Positions 10,085 through 19,559 of a stretch of 32,000 nt of DNA are shown in pieces. The position numbers and the translations under genes were made by a program. Numbering within the stretch: the stretch's first letter is position 1; the number at the start of each line of letters is the position of its first letter. Under the pieces are notes generated by a model. The model was not told the DNA's origin. It saw only the letters and a list, made by a program, of their open reading frames with translations, and searched no databases. Source of the DNA: Synechococcus sp. A15-24 (GTDB lineage Bacteria > Cyanobacteriota > Cyanobacteriia > PCC-6307 > Cyanobiaceae); NCBI RefSeq assembly GCF_014280195.1, contig NZ_CP047960.1, positions 1,320,001 to 1,352,000 of the forward strand. The letters are read 5' to 3'.

Positions 10085-10482
10085 TGGCCGTGGTCACCCT
10101 GCTGAGCGACTTTGTTGACGGGTCGAGCATGGCGCTTGCGGAAGACACCGATGCCTCAGACCTCAACGCCTTTATGACGGCCAATCAGGGTCGGCTGTGG
10201 GCCAGCGTGCAACAACGCCGGCGTCAAAAACAGCTCACCGGGGTGCGGCGCGGACCCGGCACCGTCTTCTTCGCCAGAGATCAAAGAGCGGCAGCCGCGG
10301 TGGAGAACTACCTTCGCTGCGATACAGGATCTCAGGACGAACAACACGCCCTGGAAGCGATGCAGAAGGCCGGTGTCGAAATCGCCCCGCACGTCGGCAG
10401 CGATGGCGAGCGCAAGGTTCTGTTGGATGGTCAGCTGCGGGCACTGACACCACAGGCCAAGGTGCAGGGGTTTGGCGGATGA
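10084..10482 (+). CDS. hypothetical protein, translationally coupled to the Nif11 gene
   Basis: In-frame ATG at 10084 of track ORF 10033..10482. It shares one base with the upstream TGA (TGATG). I recognise no family. Confidence 0.55.
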   Translation: MAVVTLLSDFVDGSSMALAEDTDASDLNAFMTANQGRLWASVQQRRRQKQLTGVRRGPGTVFFARDQRAAAAVENYLRCDTGSQDEQHALEAMQKAGVEIAPHVGSDGERKVLLDGQLRALTPQAKVQGFGG

Positions 10483-10754
10483 GCCTTCCCGAGAACCCAT
10501 TGGGCCTGAGCACGCTGGATGAATTGATCGGCTGGACGACCACCTACTTCCACTTCAAACATGCTTTGGAACAGGTTCCTCTCCAACCTGGCGAAGCCCT
10601 GCTTTACCTGGAGGCCTTCACCACCTTTCGGGAACGTTTGGCCCATGAGATGAACAAGCAGGCCATCCTCGAGGCACGCTTGCCAAAGGAGATGAGCGAC
10701 AAGATTGCAGCAGAGAAGCCAAATCTGGTGAAGATCCGTGAGCTACTGAGCTGA
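10479..10754 (+). CDS. hypothetical protein, translationally coupled
   Basis: In-frame ATG at 10479 of track ORF 10197..10754, with an ATGA overlap on the upstream stop. The product begins MSLPENPLGLSTLDELIGWTTTYFHFKHALEQ... and appears helical. I recognise no family. Confidence 0.55.
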   Translation: MSLPENPLGLSTLDELIGWTTTYFHFKHALEQVPLQPGEALLYLEAFTTFRERLAHEMNKQAILEARLPKEMSDKIAAEKPNLVKIRELLS

Positions 10755-10943
10755 TCGCGCGGCGTTCAGTACTGCGAGATAAAGCTCCTCATCGATCTCG
10801 CGGATGTCGTATTCACTGGGCTTCGTGCCGTGGTGGTGCTCATGCACCACCATCCAGCAGCTGCGCTCCAGCTCTCCACCCGCACTGGCCGACAGCTCCA
10901 GGCTTTTGTCCACCAGGGTTTGCAGGAGCTGCGGATCGGACAT
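10743..10943 (-). CDS. small acidic hypothetical protein with a HEHHHG motif
   Basis: Track ORF of 66 aa with protein-like composition. It is divergent from clpB and has a 12-nt convergent overlap with the preceding gene. Confidence 0.5.
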   Translation of the reverse strand: MSDPQLLQTLVDKSLELSASAGGELERSCWMVVHEHHHGTKPSEYDIREIDEELYLAVLNAARSAQ

Positions 10944-11046
10944 GCCAGATCAGATGTTCGGGGAACTGTAAAAACCGCAGCCGGTTCACCGCCATCGGCA
11001 TCAGCTGAATGCCCATACGGTTTGTTCAGGACACTGCAACAGTCAT

Positions 11047-13635
11047 ATGCAACCCACGGCCGAACAATTCACCGAACAGGCCTGGGCCGCCATCGTCGCG
11101 GCCCAGCAACTCGCCCAGGCCTCCAGGCACCAGCAGCTGGAAACGGAACATCTGCTGCTGGCGCTGCTTCGACAGAACGGACTGGCCGGGCGAATCCTCA
11201 GCAAAACCGGCGTTGACGTCACCACCTTCGAGGCTCGTGTTCAAGGCCATCTGCAACGGCTGCCCAGCCTTGGCTCGGCACCCGATTCGGTGTTTCTCGG
11301 CCGCTCCCTCAATACGACCCTCGACCGAGCCGAGCAGCGGCGGGATGGATTCGGCGACAGCTTCATCGCCATCGAGCATCTGCTCCTGGCCCTGGCGGAG
11401 GATGATCGCTGCGGCCGGCAGCTGCTCAGCCAGGCCGGGGTGACAACCAACACACTCAAGGAGGCGATCACGGCGGTGCGCGGCAACCAAACGGTGACAG
11501 ACCAGAACCCTGAGGCCACCTACGAATCCTTGGAAAAGTTCGGCCGCGATCTCACCGCAGCGGCCCGCGACGGTCAGCTGGACCCAGTGATCGGACGGGA
11601 TGAAGAGATCCGCCGCACCATTCAGATTCTCAGCCGCCGCACCAAGAACAACCCCGTCCTGATCGGTGAACCCGGGGTCGGCAAAACAGCAATCGTCGAG
11701 GGCTTGGCACAGCGGATCGTCAATGGTGATGTGCCCCAGGCCCTGCAGAACCGACAGCTCATTGCCCTCGACATGGGCGCCCTGATCGCCGGGGCGAAAT
11801 ACCGCGGTGAATTCGAAGAACGGCTCAAGTCGGTGCTGAAGGAGGTCACCTCATCCGATGGACAGATCGTGCTGTTCATCGATGAGATCCACACGGTGGT
11901 GGGCGCTGGCGCCAGCGGTGGCGCCATGGACGCCAGCAATCTGCTGAAACCGATGCTGGCCCGGGGTGAACTGCGCTGCATCGGGGCCACCACCCTGGAT
12001 GAGCACCGTCAGCACATCGAGAAGGATCCCGCCCTGGAGCGACGCTTCCAGCAGGTGCTGGTGGATCAGCCCACGGTGCCGGACACGATTTCAATCCTGC
12101 GGGGCTTGAAAGAGCGCTACGAGGTGCACCACGGCGTACGCATTGCCGACAGCGCTTTGGTGGCCGCCGCCATGCTCAGCAGCAGATACATCACCGATCG
12201 CTTCCTGCCGGACAAGGCCATCGATCTGGTGGATGAATCCGCCGCCCGGCTGAAAATGGAGATCACCTCCAAACCGGAGCAGATCGACGAGATCGATCGC
12301 AAGATTCTGCAGCTGGAGATGGAAAAACTCTCCCTCGGCCGCGAGTCCGACAGTGCCAGCCAGGAGCGTTTGCAACGGATTGAACGGGAATTGGCCGAAC
12401 TCGGTGAACAACAGAGCAGCCTCAATGCCCAGTGGCAAAGTGAAAAAGGTGCCATCGATCAGCTCTCAGCCCTGAAGGAGGAGATCGAACGGGTTCAGCT
12501 GCAGGTGGAGCAGGCCAAACGCAATTACGACCTCAACAAGGCAGCTGAACTCGAATACGGAACTCTCGCCACGCTGCAACGCCAGCTGCAGGAGAAGGAA
12601 GACCTCTTGGAAGACGAGGACGGAACGGACAAAACCCTGCTGCGGGAGGAGGTCACCGAAGACGACATTGCTGAAGTGATCGCCAAGTGGACCGGCATCC
12701 CCGTGGCTCGCCTGGTGCAGAGCGAAATGGAGAAACTACTGCAGCTGGAGGACGATCTGCATCAACGGGTGATCGGACAGAACCAGGCGGTCACCGCCGT
12801 TGCCGACGCGATTCAACGCTCAAGGGCAGGTCTCAGCGATCCCAACCGGCCCATCGCCAGCTTTCTGTTCCTCGGCCCCACCGGTGTCGGCAAAACAGAA
12901 CTCTCCAAGGCGCTGGCCAATCGACTGTTCGACAGCGACAACGCCATGGTGCGCATCGACATGTCGGAGTACATGGAGAAACACACCGTGAGCCGACTGA
13001 TCGGTGCCCCTCCGGGCTACGTGGGTTATGAAGCCGGCGGCCAGCTCACGGAAGCGGTACGGCGACGGCCTTACGCCGTAATCCTGTTCGACGAGGTGGA
13101 GAAAGCCCACTCCGATGTGTTCAATGTGATGCTGCAGATCCTCGATGACGGCCGCGTCACCGACTGCCAGGGCCGCACCGTGGATTTCACCAACACCGTG
13201 TTGATCCTCACCAGCAACATCGGCAGCCAATCGATTCTTGAGCTGGCGGGGGATCCGGAGCAACACACGGCGATGGTGCAACGGGTTAACGAGGCGCTCA
13301 AGGCCAAATTCCGTCCCGAATTCCTGAACAGGCTCGACGATCAGATCATCTTCCGCAGCCTTGAGAAGGAAGAGCTGCGCCGGATCGTTTCACTGCAGGT
13401 GGATCGTCTACGTGGGCGTCTCGAGCAACGCAAGCTGGACCTCCAGCTCAGCGACATCGCAGCCGATTGGCTGGCCACCATTGGCTTTGACCCGGTTTAC
13501 GGAGCAAGACCCCTTAAACGCGCCATCCAGCGGGAGCTGGAAACACCAATCGCCAAAGCGATCCTGGCGGGGCAGCTCAGTGAGGGACAGACGGTGCAGG
13601 TTGATGTAACTGAAGAGAAACTCTTAATCAGCTGA
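11047..13635 (+). CDS. clpB: ATP-dependent chaperone ClpB
   Basis: 862 aa ORF. It has a Clp N-domain and two AAA+ modules ([26 protein letters not shown]) separated by the long coiled-coil M-domain, plus [10 protein letters not shown] near the C-terminus. Confidence 0.97.
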   Translation: MQPTAEQFTEQAWAAIVAAQQLAQASRHQQLETEHLLLALLRQNGLAGRILSKTGVDVTTFEARVQGHLQRLPSLGSAPDSVFLGRSLNTTLDRAEQRRDGFGDSFIAIEHLLLALAEDDRCGRQLLSQAGVTTNTLKEAITAVRGNQTVTDQNPEATYESLEKFGRDLTAAARDGQLDPVIGRDEEIRRTIQILSRRTKNNPVLIGEPGVGKTAIVEGLAQRIVNGDVPQALQNRQLIALDMGALIAGAKYRGEFEERLKSVLKEVTSSDGQIVLFIDEIHTVVGAGASGGAMDASNLLKPMLARGELRCIGATTLDEHRQHIEKDPALERRFQQVLVDQPTVPDTISILRGLKERYEVHHGVRIADSALVAAAMLSSRYITDRFLPDKAIDLVDESAARLKMEITSKPEQIDEIDRKILQLEMEKLSLGRESDSASQERLQRIERELAELGEQQSSLNAQWQSEKGAIDQLSALKEEIERVQLQVEQAKRNYDLNKAAELEYGTLATLQRQLQEKEDLLEDEDGTDKTLLREEVTEDDIAEVIAKWTGIPVARLVQSEMEKLLQLEDDLHQRVIGQNQAVTAVADAIQRSRAGLSDPNRPIASFLFLGPTGVGKTELSKALANRLFDSDNAMVRIDMSEYMEKHTVSRLIGAPPGYVGYEAGGQLTEAVRRRPYAVILFDEVEKAHSDVFNVMLQILDDGRVTDCQGRTVDFTNTVLILTSNIGSQSILELAGDPEQHTAMVQRVNEALKAKFRPEFLNRLDDQIIFRSLEKEELRRIVSLQVDRLRGRLEQRKLDLQLSDIAADWLATIGFDPVYGARPLKRAIQRELETPIAKAILAGQLSEGQTVQVDVTEEKLLIS

Positions 13636-14268
13636 AGCAGGCTTCCGAAACGTGAAGGGCAAAAGAATGGCCACAGCGACTATCTCCCCAACGATGGCCA
13701 AAACCACCCCCGACATGCCGTGGGTGGACAAGCCAATGGCGATGGCAGGGTTGTAAATCCCAGACTGAGTAAGACCGCCAATGAAAGCGAGAAAGCCAAG
13801 ACCAGCTCCAATGACGAGGCCGGAAAGGGGTTGAGCGAATGGACAGATCCGGCCCTCGTCACTCCAGCGGAGGATCAACCCGTACAACGCGAGGCTGAAC
13901 ACAGCCTCAGCGATCAATCCATCAAGAGCAAATTCGCTGCTGGTGTCCTGCTCAGGGATAAGCGCGAAACCAATCAACGCCCCGATGATCTGAGCCACGA
14001 TGTGGCTGCTGGCTTCAAGCCAGGATTCGCGGGAGCGGAAGGCTGCCTGGCCAAAGCGCTGCTGAGTTATCAGAACGGTCGCTGCAGGATTGAAATGTGC
14101 ACCGCTCAAGCGCCCAATCACGTGAATCAGCATGGCCAGGCAGAGGCCAATGGCCAACGCCTGCTCGAATCCGTTCAGATCAGCCAGACCAACACGACTG
14201 ATCGTGAAAGCAAGCACGGCTGTCCCCAAAGCCTCTAAACGACAGCGCTGAGGCAGGGAGCATTTCAA
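13624..14268 (-). CDS. MIP/aquaporin family channel
   Basis: Two NPA boxes are present ([11 protein letters not shown] and [10 protein letters not shown]), and the N-terminal half begins [11 protein letters not shown] prefer the TTG at 14268, 2 nt after the queD stop. The track start at 14301 would overlap queD by 31 nt. Confidence 0.8.
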   Translation of the reverse strand: MKCSLPQRCRLEALGTAVLAFTISRVGLADLNGFEQALAIGLCLAMLIHVIGRLSGAHFNPAATVLITQQRFGQAAFRSRESWLEASSHIVAQIIGALIGFALIPEQDTSSEFALDGLIAEAVFSLALYGLILRWSDEGRICPFAQPLSGLVIGAGLGFLAFIGGLTQSGIYNPAIAIGLSTHGMSGVVLAIVGEIVAVAILLPFTFRKPASAD

Positions 14269-14270
14269 AT

Positions 14271-14756
14271 TTAGGCAATTTTGCGGTGCGCCCCAAACCA
14301 CGACGGCACAGCATGAACCTGGGCAGCATTACGCGAATTCTCACGCGCTTCAACAGCCCAGCAGCAGCTCCGCCCGCCGTCCCGTTGCTTGAGGAGACTG
14401 TTGGCCCAATCCCACACCAGAGCGGCAGTTGACTCCATCCCCACGTTGTCCATCACCCGCAGATCAAGCGCTCCCCGTTCATGCAACCGTCTCCAATCCT
14501 CAAGAAGAGGATCATCGGCATTCACCAGAAAGGTGTGGTCGAACTGATCACGCAGCTGCTGCTCCAACGGACGCAAACTTGAGAAATCGACTACAAACCC
14601 ACACTCATCAAGCTCGGTGGCGGCGAACCAAAGCGTGAAACTCCTGCTGTATCCGTGCACGAAGCGGCAATGACCCGCATGGCGCCACTGGCGATGGCAA
14701 CAGGGATAGCCCTCGAACTGTTTGCTGCAGGTGAAACGCGTCGGGGGGTCAGGCAC
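14271..14756 (-). CDS. queD: 6-carboxy-5,6,7,8-tetrahydropterin synthase (PTPS family)
   Basis: [22 protein letters not shown]...[10 protein letters not shown] carries the PTPS/QueD Zn-His and catalytic Cys pattern. Confidence 0.85.
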   Translation of the reverse strand: MPDPPTRFTCSKQFEGYPCCHRQWRHAGHCRFVHGYSRSFTLWFAATELDECGFVVDFSSLRPLEQQLRDQFDHTFLVNADDPLLEDWRRLHERGALDLRVMDNVGMESTAALVWDWANSLLKQRDGGRSCCWAVEARENSRNAAQVHAVPSWFGAHRKIA

Positions 14757-14820
14757 GATTGGCAGAAGGGCGAAGTCGGTCAGAACGCTGCGGGAGGATC
14801 AAGGCAGAAACCGAGGACTG

Positions 14821-15489
14821 ATGCAGCCCCTCAGCCCCGCCTTCATCGAGCAACTCCGTTTTAACGAAGCGGGGTTGATCCCAGCGATCGCCCAGGACTG
14901 GCTGGACGGGGCCGTTCTGATGGTGGCCTGGATGAACAGGGAATCGATCCAACAAACCCTGAACAGCGGCGAGGCCCATTACTGGAGTCGTTCACGACAG
15001 GAGCTGTGGCACAAAGGAGCCACCAGTGGTCACACCCAGACCCTGCGTTCCATCCGCTACGACTGCGATGCTGATGTGCTGCTGCTGACCATCGAACAAC
15101 GTGGCGACATTGCTTGCCACACCGGTGCCCGCAGCTGCTTCTACGAAGGCGGCGATCAACGTTCCGACGGGGGCTCAGATGCCTTGCCTCCCCCTGCTGA
15201 CGCTTGCACAGAGCTGTTTCGCGTGATCGAGGCTCGGCGAGACACCCCGGAAGAAGGCAGCTACACAAACAAGCTGCTGGAGGGGGGTGACAACAAGATT
15301 CTCAAGAAAATCGGGGAGGAGAGTGCTGAATTCGTGATGGCGTGCAAAGACGACAATCCTGAGGAGATCGCAGGAGAAGCCGCTGACATCCTCTTCCATA
15401 TGCAAGTGGCCTTGGCCCACCACGGCGTGAGCTGGCGTCAGGTTCAGGAGGTGCTGGCCGCACGACGGGGAGCCCCGCGCCGGCACTAA
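14821..15489 (+). CDS. hisIE: bifunctional phosphoribosyl-AMP cyclohydrolase / phosphoribosyl-ATP pyrophosphatase
   Basis: In-frame ATG at 14821 of track ORF 14722..15489. The HisI part reads GLIPAIAQD...MVAWMNRES...[19 protein letters not shown]...DCDADVLLL. The HisE part reads [23 protein letters not shown]...EAADILFH. Confidence 0.95.
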   Translation: MQPLSPAFIEQLRFNEAGLIPAIAQDWLDGAVLMVAWMNRESIQQTLNSGEAHYWSRSRQELWHKGATSGHTQTLRSIRYDCDADVLLLTIEQRGDIACHTGARSCFYEGGDQRSDGGSDALPPPADACTELFRVIEARRDTPEEGSYTNKLLEGGDNKILKKIGEESAEFVMACKDDNPEEIAGEAADILFHMQVALAHHGVSWRQVQEVLAARRGAPRRH

Positions 15490-16151
15490 GGCAGACAGGG
15501 GCTGTCGCTGCTGATCACCACCTCATCACCGAGCTGAAGCGTGCCGAGCAAAGTCTTCAACGTGTCCTGGTTCACGTTGATGCAACCACCGGTCACCGAT
15601 TGACCAACGCGCCGCTCGTCGTTGGTGCCATGGATGGCGAAGCTGTACCAGCGGAACTTGCCGTTGTAAGTGTTGAACTGAAACGGCTGCTCAGAAGCAG
15701 GAACCGGCGCCAAACTGATGTATCCGATGCCGTACTCGCTGGACTGGCCATCGCCCTTGAAATCGATATCACTCATATTTTGGAACAATGAGGTCTTCAG
15801 CTCTGCTTCGCTCTTGCCGGATTGTTCCACCAGATCAGGCTCCATTGCGAAGTCGCTTTCACTGAGGATTGCGTTGACACGAAACCTGCCAAGGGGCGTC
15901 AGCCCATCCTGGAAGCTCGTGCCAGCACAGGCGAGGCCCAAACGACCGAAACCAACTGGAAAGGGCTGGGCTTCTCCACTTGCTTCAAGAATCCCCTTAC
16001 TGGCCGGGGGGTTCTCAGCATCCAATTGAATTCGCACCAGGCGCCTGGACTCCGCCGTTTGGCCCGTTCCCACCACCGGATCGTCAGCGCTGGAACAGCT
16101 GGCAAGGCTCACCAGCAAGGCAAGCGAAAACAGCGAGCGAATAGGAACCAC
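15486..16151 (-). CDS. L,D-transpeptidase (YkuD) domain lipoprotein
   Basis: A lipobox is present (LVSLASC). The catalytic motif is [21 protein letters not shown] (His...Ser/Thr-x-Gly-Cys). Confidence 0.8.
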   Translation of the reverse strand: MVPIRSLFSLALLVSLASCSSADDPVVGTGQTAESRRLVRIQLDAENPPASKGILEASGEAQPFPVGFGRLGLACAGTSFQDGLTPLGRFRVNAILSESDFAMEPDLVEQSGKSEAELKTSLFQNMSDIDFKGDGQSSEYGIGYISLAPVPASEQPFQFNTYNGKFRWYSFAIHGTNDERRVGQSVTGGCINVNQDTLKTLLGTLQLGDEVVISSDSPCLP

Positions 16152-16247
16152 GACAACTCAATCAATGTCACCAGCTTGACGAGATCGTGCTCGCCGCGCA
16201 CAGCACGATATAACAATCAAATCACATCTATATATTCACGATATCGA

Positions 16248-16898
16248 TCAATTCTGCGTCTCGCTTCTCTCTGGAACTCCAAAGCTGGCGTTCTGGCTGC
16301 GCAGCCATTGAAGTGTCTCGAGATCTCTCTCCGAAAGCTTCAGGACCGGGTCCTGGCCCTGGTGGACCGCCATGGCATCGCCAGGATCGGGACTGTGTCC
16401 CCAAAGCCCGAAGGCATGGCCCAGCTCATGCAGGGCCGTGGCCTGCAGCACTGGCGCCCGCAGTTCCGGGGACACGAGCACCCACACCTTGGGCTCAAAT
16501 CGCCACACGCCCTGCCGCCGCACCTGAACCAGCTGCAGTCGACTGCGACCGTTGCTGGCACGCCAGCCGCTCGGCGTCCGCCGCCTGGGAGGCCTTTGCC
16601 GGCGCAACCGCACATGGGCTCGATCCGGATCCTGGACACGAACCACGGGAAGATGACCTGACCAGGTGTCGAGGGCCGCCCCCACAGCTGATAACCAACG
16701 CTTCTGCCAACGGTCAGGCGGATCACCTGTTGCTGGCTCAACCCAAACGCACCATCTGGGCAGAGAAGCCGGCCCCATGGAAGTTGTAGCCAAGGAAAGG
16801 CCGTACCCCTTGGCCTCAGAGAATGTGGAGCGGATCAACGGAGTCGCCTCCAACAGGCGGGTCTCCTGGGCTGGAGGACACGGCTCCGCAGGCATCAA
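16248..16898 (-). CDS. metzincin (matrixin/M10-like) zinc metalloprotease domain protein
   Basis: The metzincin signature HELGHAFGLWGH (HExxHxxGxxH) is followed by a Met (GDAM). The start may be internal to the 216-aa track ORF. Confidence 0.7.
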   Translation of the reverse strand: MMPAEPCPPAQETRLLEATPLIRSTFSEAKGYGLSLATTSMGPASLPRWCVWVEPATGDPPDRWQKRWLSAVGAALDTWSGHLPVVRVQDPDRAHVRLRRQRPPRRRTPSGWRASNGRSRLQLVQVRRQGVWRFEPKVWVLVSPELRAPVLQATALHELGHAFGLWGHSPDPGDAMAVHQGQDPVLKLSERDLETLQWLRSQNASFGVPERSETQN

Positions 16899-17386
16899 GC
16901 CGCAGGCAAGCCAACGCCACGGGCCATCAGTGTTGCCAGGAAGGGGATGCTGGCAAATCCGACCAATTCAATGTTGATGATCCAGGCCAGGCGACTGGCC
17001 AGTGCTTCGCTGACCTTGGGCAGTTCACCCTTGCGCAGGGGGATCGCCCAGAGGATGTAAGTGATCGTTGGGTACAGAGAGAGGCCGCCGACGGACAGGT
17101 ACAGGCCGACCTTCCACCAGAACAATGGATTCTGCGTGTAGAACTCAGATCCCTGTCCGAAATGAATCACCCGGAGAATGCCACTGACCAGCAACGCCAG
17201 AGCTGCGATGCCATAGACGATGTCCGTGATGACCATGGCCGTGGCCTCGCCCCGATCAGGGTTGGCCTTGATCAGCTTGCGCTCCAGCACCAAGGCACCA
17301 AAACAGAACATGAAACTGACGTAATGCACGTAGGCAACGCCAGCGTTTTTGGCGATGTCGGCGGTTAAGGCCACGGCCAGATGCAT
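16895..17386 (-). CDS. DUF2214-like polytopic membrane protein
   Basis: 163 aa with roughly 4 hydrophobic segments by eye. Its stop overlaps the metzincin start (ATGA at 16895-16898). The family name is from memory and tentative. Confidence 0.6.
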   Translation of the reverse strand: MHLAVALTADIAKNAGVAYVHYVSFMFCFGALVLERKLIKANPDRGEATAMVITDIVYGIAALALLVSGILRVIHFGQGSEFYTQNPLFWWKVGLYLSVGGLSLYPTITYILWAIPLRKGELPKVSEALASRLAWIINIELVGFASIPFLATLMARGVGLPAA

Positions 17387-17565
17387 GGATTTCGACCAGG
17401 AAACGCGCCGACCCTAACCGGCGCGGCATCACCTTTTTGAAAGATTGCCTTCGGACATCAGAAGAAAAGGCATAAGTGTTGTCAAAATATTAATTCCGCA
17501 GTCTTTATTACACCCGAGAAAGAAAAACACAACTGTTCTAGCTTCAATTCAGCGACTAGAACCAT
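17387..17565. promoter_or_regulatory. AT-rich divergent intergenic region between the DUF2214 operon and the sigma-factor gene; presumed promoters
   Basis: This is the longest and most AT-rich non-coding stretch in the window. It contains TTGTCA and TTGAAA hexamers and the inverted repeat TTCTAG-(14)-CTAGAA just before the ATG. I could not place a convincing -35/-10 pair. Confidence 0.3.
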
Positions 17566-18492
17566 ATGGTGAGCTCTCTGAGTGCCTTTCTTGGTGAAAT
17601 CGGCCGCCATCAGTTGCTGACCCCAGAGCAGGAACTCATGCTGGGGAGGAAGGTTCAGGCGATGGTTGTGATTACAGAACGCTGCCAGCTCGCCGGATGT
17701 CAAGGCGATGCCTGCAACTACAGCGACGAGGAAAAAGCGGTGATTCGTCGTGGGGAGCGAGCCAAAAATCAAATGATCACGGCCAATCTTCGGCTCGTTG
17801 TCAATCTCGCCAAGAGGTATCAGGGCAAGGGACTGGACCTGCTGGATCTAATCCAGGAAGGGACCCTTGGTCTGACCCGTGCCGTCGAGAAGTACGACCC
17901 CACCCGAGGCCATCGCTTTTCGACCTATGCCTACTGGTGGATTCGTCAAGGACTGAACCGCGCCCTGTCCACCCAGAGCCGCACGATCCGCATCCCTGTC
18001 AACGTCAACGAAAAACTGACCAAGCTTCGGGCTGCCAAGGCCCGCTTGATGCAGCGCAATGGTCTGACGCCTACCGCTGAGCAGCTGGCGGACTTCATGG
18101 ACATCCCCCTCGCGGAAATCGAAGACCTTCTGGCCTGTGAACTGCGAAGCGTCACGGTCAGTCTTCAGGGGGTGGTGAAATCCAAGTCAGACCCCTCCGA
18201 GCTGGTGGATGTTCTTCCCAGCGACGAATTGCCTCCAATGGAGAGGGCTGAAATCGCGGAACGATCCGCTTCGGTGTGGACGTTGCTCGGCAAAGCCAAC
18301 CTCACGCCCAAAGAACGCACTGTCGTGACCCTGCGGTTTGGTCTCGACGGCACCAACGAGTGGCGCACCCTGGCCGAAGTGGCACGCCACATGAACTGCT
18401 CTCGTGAATATTGCCGCCAGGTGGTGCAGCGTGCTTTGCGCAAACTGCGTAAAACCGGCGTCCAGAGCGGCCTGGTGGAATCCACACTCTGA
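17566..18492 (+). CDS. RNA polymerase sigma-70 family factor, group-2-like
   Basis: Region 2 reads ANLRLVVNLAKRY...LDLLDLIQEGTLGLTRAVEKYDPTRGHRFSTYAYWWIRQ. Regions 3 and 4.2 are also present. It lacks the long region 1.1 of the primary sigma factor. Confidence 0.9.
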   Translation: MVSSLSAFLGEIGRHQLLTPEQELMLGRKVQAMVVITERCQLAGCQGDACNYSDEEKAVIRRGERAKNQMITANLRLVVNLAKRYQGKGLDLLDLIQEGTLGLTRAVEKYDPTRGHRFSTYAYWWIRQGLNRALSTQSRTIRIPVNVNEKLTKLRAAKARLMQRNGLTPTAEQLADFMDIPLAEIEDLLACELRSVTVSLQGVVKSKSDPSELVDVLPSDELPPMERAEIAERSASVWTLLGKANLTPKERTVVTLRFGLDGTNEWRTLAEVARHMNCSREYCRQVVQRALRKLRKTGVQSGLVESTL

Positions 18493-18563
18493 ACAGCGGT
18501 TAACCACCAACCGTTCATTCCACCCAAGCGCGTCATATTGGTGGCATTCCTTCAGGGCTGTTG

Positions 18564-18938
18564 ATGGGTCAAGCCTCAAGTCATGCTTCCCAGACCACCG
18601 TTGAAGCCACGGTGATCGACAGCGAGCTGGTCGACGAAAGCCTGCTGAAGCGGCTTCTCGTTCGTGCCGGACGAAGCTTGGCGAGTCCTGCACTGGAAGC
18701 CCTGGAGCTGTTGCTGGACCCAGGCACTCCATCACCGGTCCGACTAACCATGTTGGCAGCCCTGAGCTATCTCCTTATGCCAGCGGATCTGATTCCGGAC
18801 ATCCTTCCCGCTGCCGGATTCAGTGATGACCTCGTGGCCTTGACGGCCGTGATCGGCGTCTGGCGTAATCACCTCACGCCAACCATCCAGGCCCGTGCCC
18901 AGCGCAGACTGGACCAATGGTTCCCACTGACACGCTGA
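18564..18938 (+). CDS. DUF1232 (YkvA-like) membrane protein
   Basis: The motif PADLIPDILPAAGFSDDLVALTAVIG is typical of DUF1232. The ATG at 18564 is one codon after the track TTG at 18561. Confidence 0.65.
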   Translation: MGQASSHASQTTVEATVIDSELVDESLLKRLLVRAGRSLASPALEALELLLDPGTPSPVRLTMLAALSYLLMPADLIPDILPAAGFSDDLVALTAVIGVWRNHLTPTIQARAQRRLDQWFPLTR

Positions 18939-18948
18939 GCAACACCTG

Positions 18949-19263
18949 ATGGCTGCCTGGACTGAGGACTTGGAAGCGGAGCTGAGCCAATTGCTCAAGG
19001 ATTGGCTCAAACAGCAAGGTCGAACCCAGGCGGACCTTCGCCGCAGCTTGAAGGCCGTTTCGACTCGGATGCCAGCACTGCTGGAGATTCTGGAGCGAGA
19101 GCATCGGCTTAACGGCCTCTCAGGACTGCTGGCTCGGCTTTGCCGCGTTGAAGCCGAATGGCACGGCGGCGCCGATCACACCGGTGAAGAGGCAGAGCAA
19201 AGCGATCCCTTCGGCCAATTGGATCTGCTGCTCCAGGAAATTCGACAGGACTGCCCCAGTTGA
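18949..19263 (+). CDS. hypothetical protein
   Basis: Track ORF of 104 aa. It appears helical, is acidic at the C-terminus, and starts 10 nt after the previous stop. Confidence 0.5.
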   Translation: MAAWTEDLEAELSQLLKDWLKQQGRTQADLRRSLKAVSTRMPALLEILEREHRLNGLSGLLARLCRVEAEWHGGADHTGEEAEQSDPFGQLDLLLQEIRQDCPS

Positions 19264-19304
19264 AGCACTTCGGCGGCAAAGTGGTGATACGTAGCGAGCA
19301 CACA

Positions 19305-19553
19305 ATGACCACGGCCATGCTGACCGCTGCCTTCACGCTGCTGCTGAGCCTCAACGCTGCAATCGCACCCGCTGCCAGAGCGCAATCGGAGGGCTGGATG
19401 CTGAGTCCTGACAGCAAAACCAGCAAGGACATCAAGGTGGTCCCCACCAATTGCGAGACGACGGCCGACGGCGCTATCAGCTGCGACACCAAGGTCGAGA
19501 CATCGGCAAATAACACGCCAGCCCGTCCCTACTACAACCCCTTCAACGACTGA
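19305..19553 (+). CDS. small secreted hypothetical protein
   Basis: In-frame ATG at 19305 of track ORF 19260..19553. MTTAMLTAAFTLLLSLNAAIAPAARAQS is a signal peptide. The mature part is about 55 aa with 2 Cys. Confidence 0.5.
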   Translation: MTTAMLTAAFTLLLSLNAAIAPAARAQSEGWMLSPDSKTSKDIKVVPTNCETTADGAISCDTKVETSANNTPARPYYNPFND

Positions 19554-19559
19554 TCAAGC

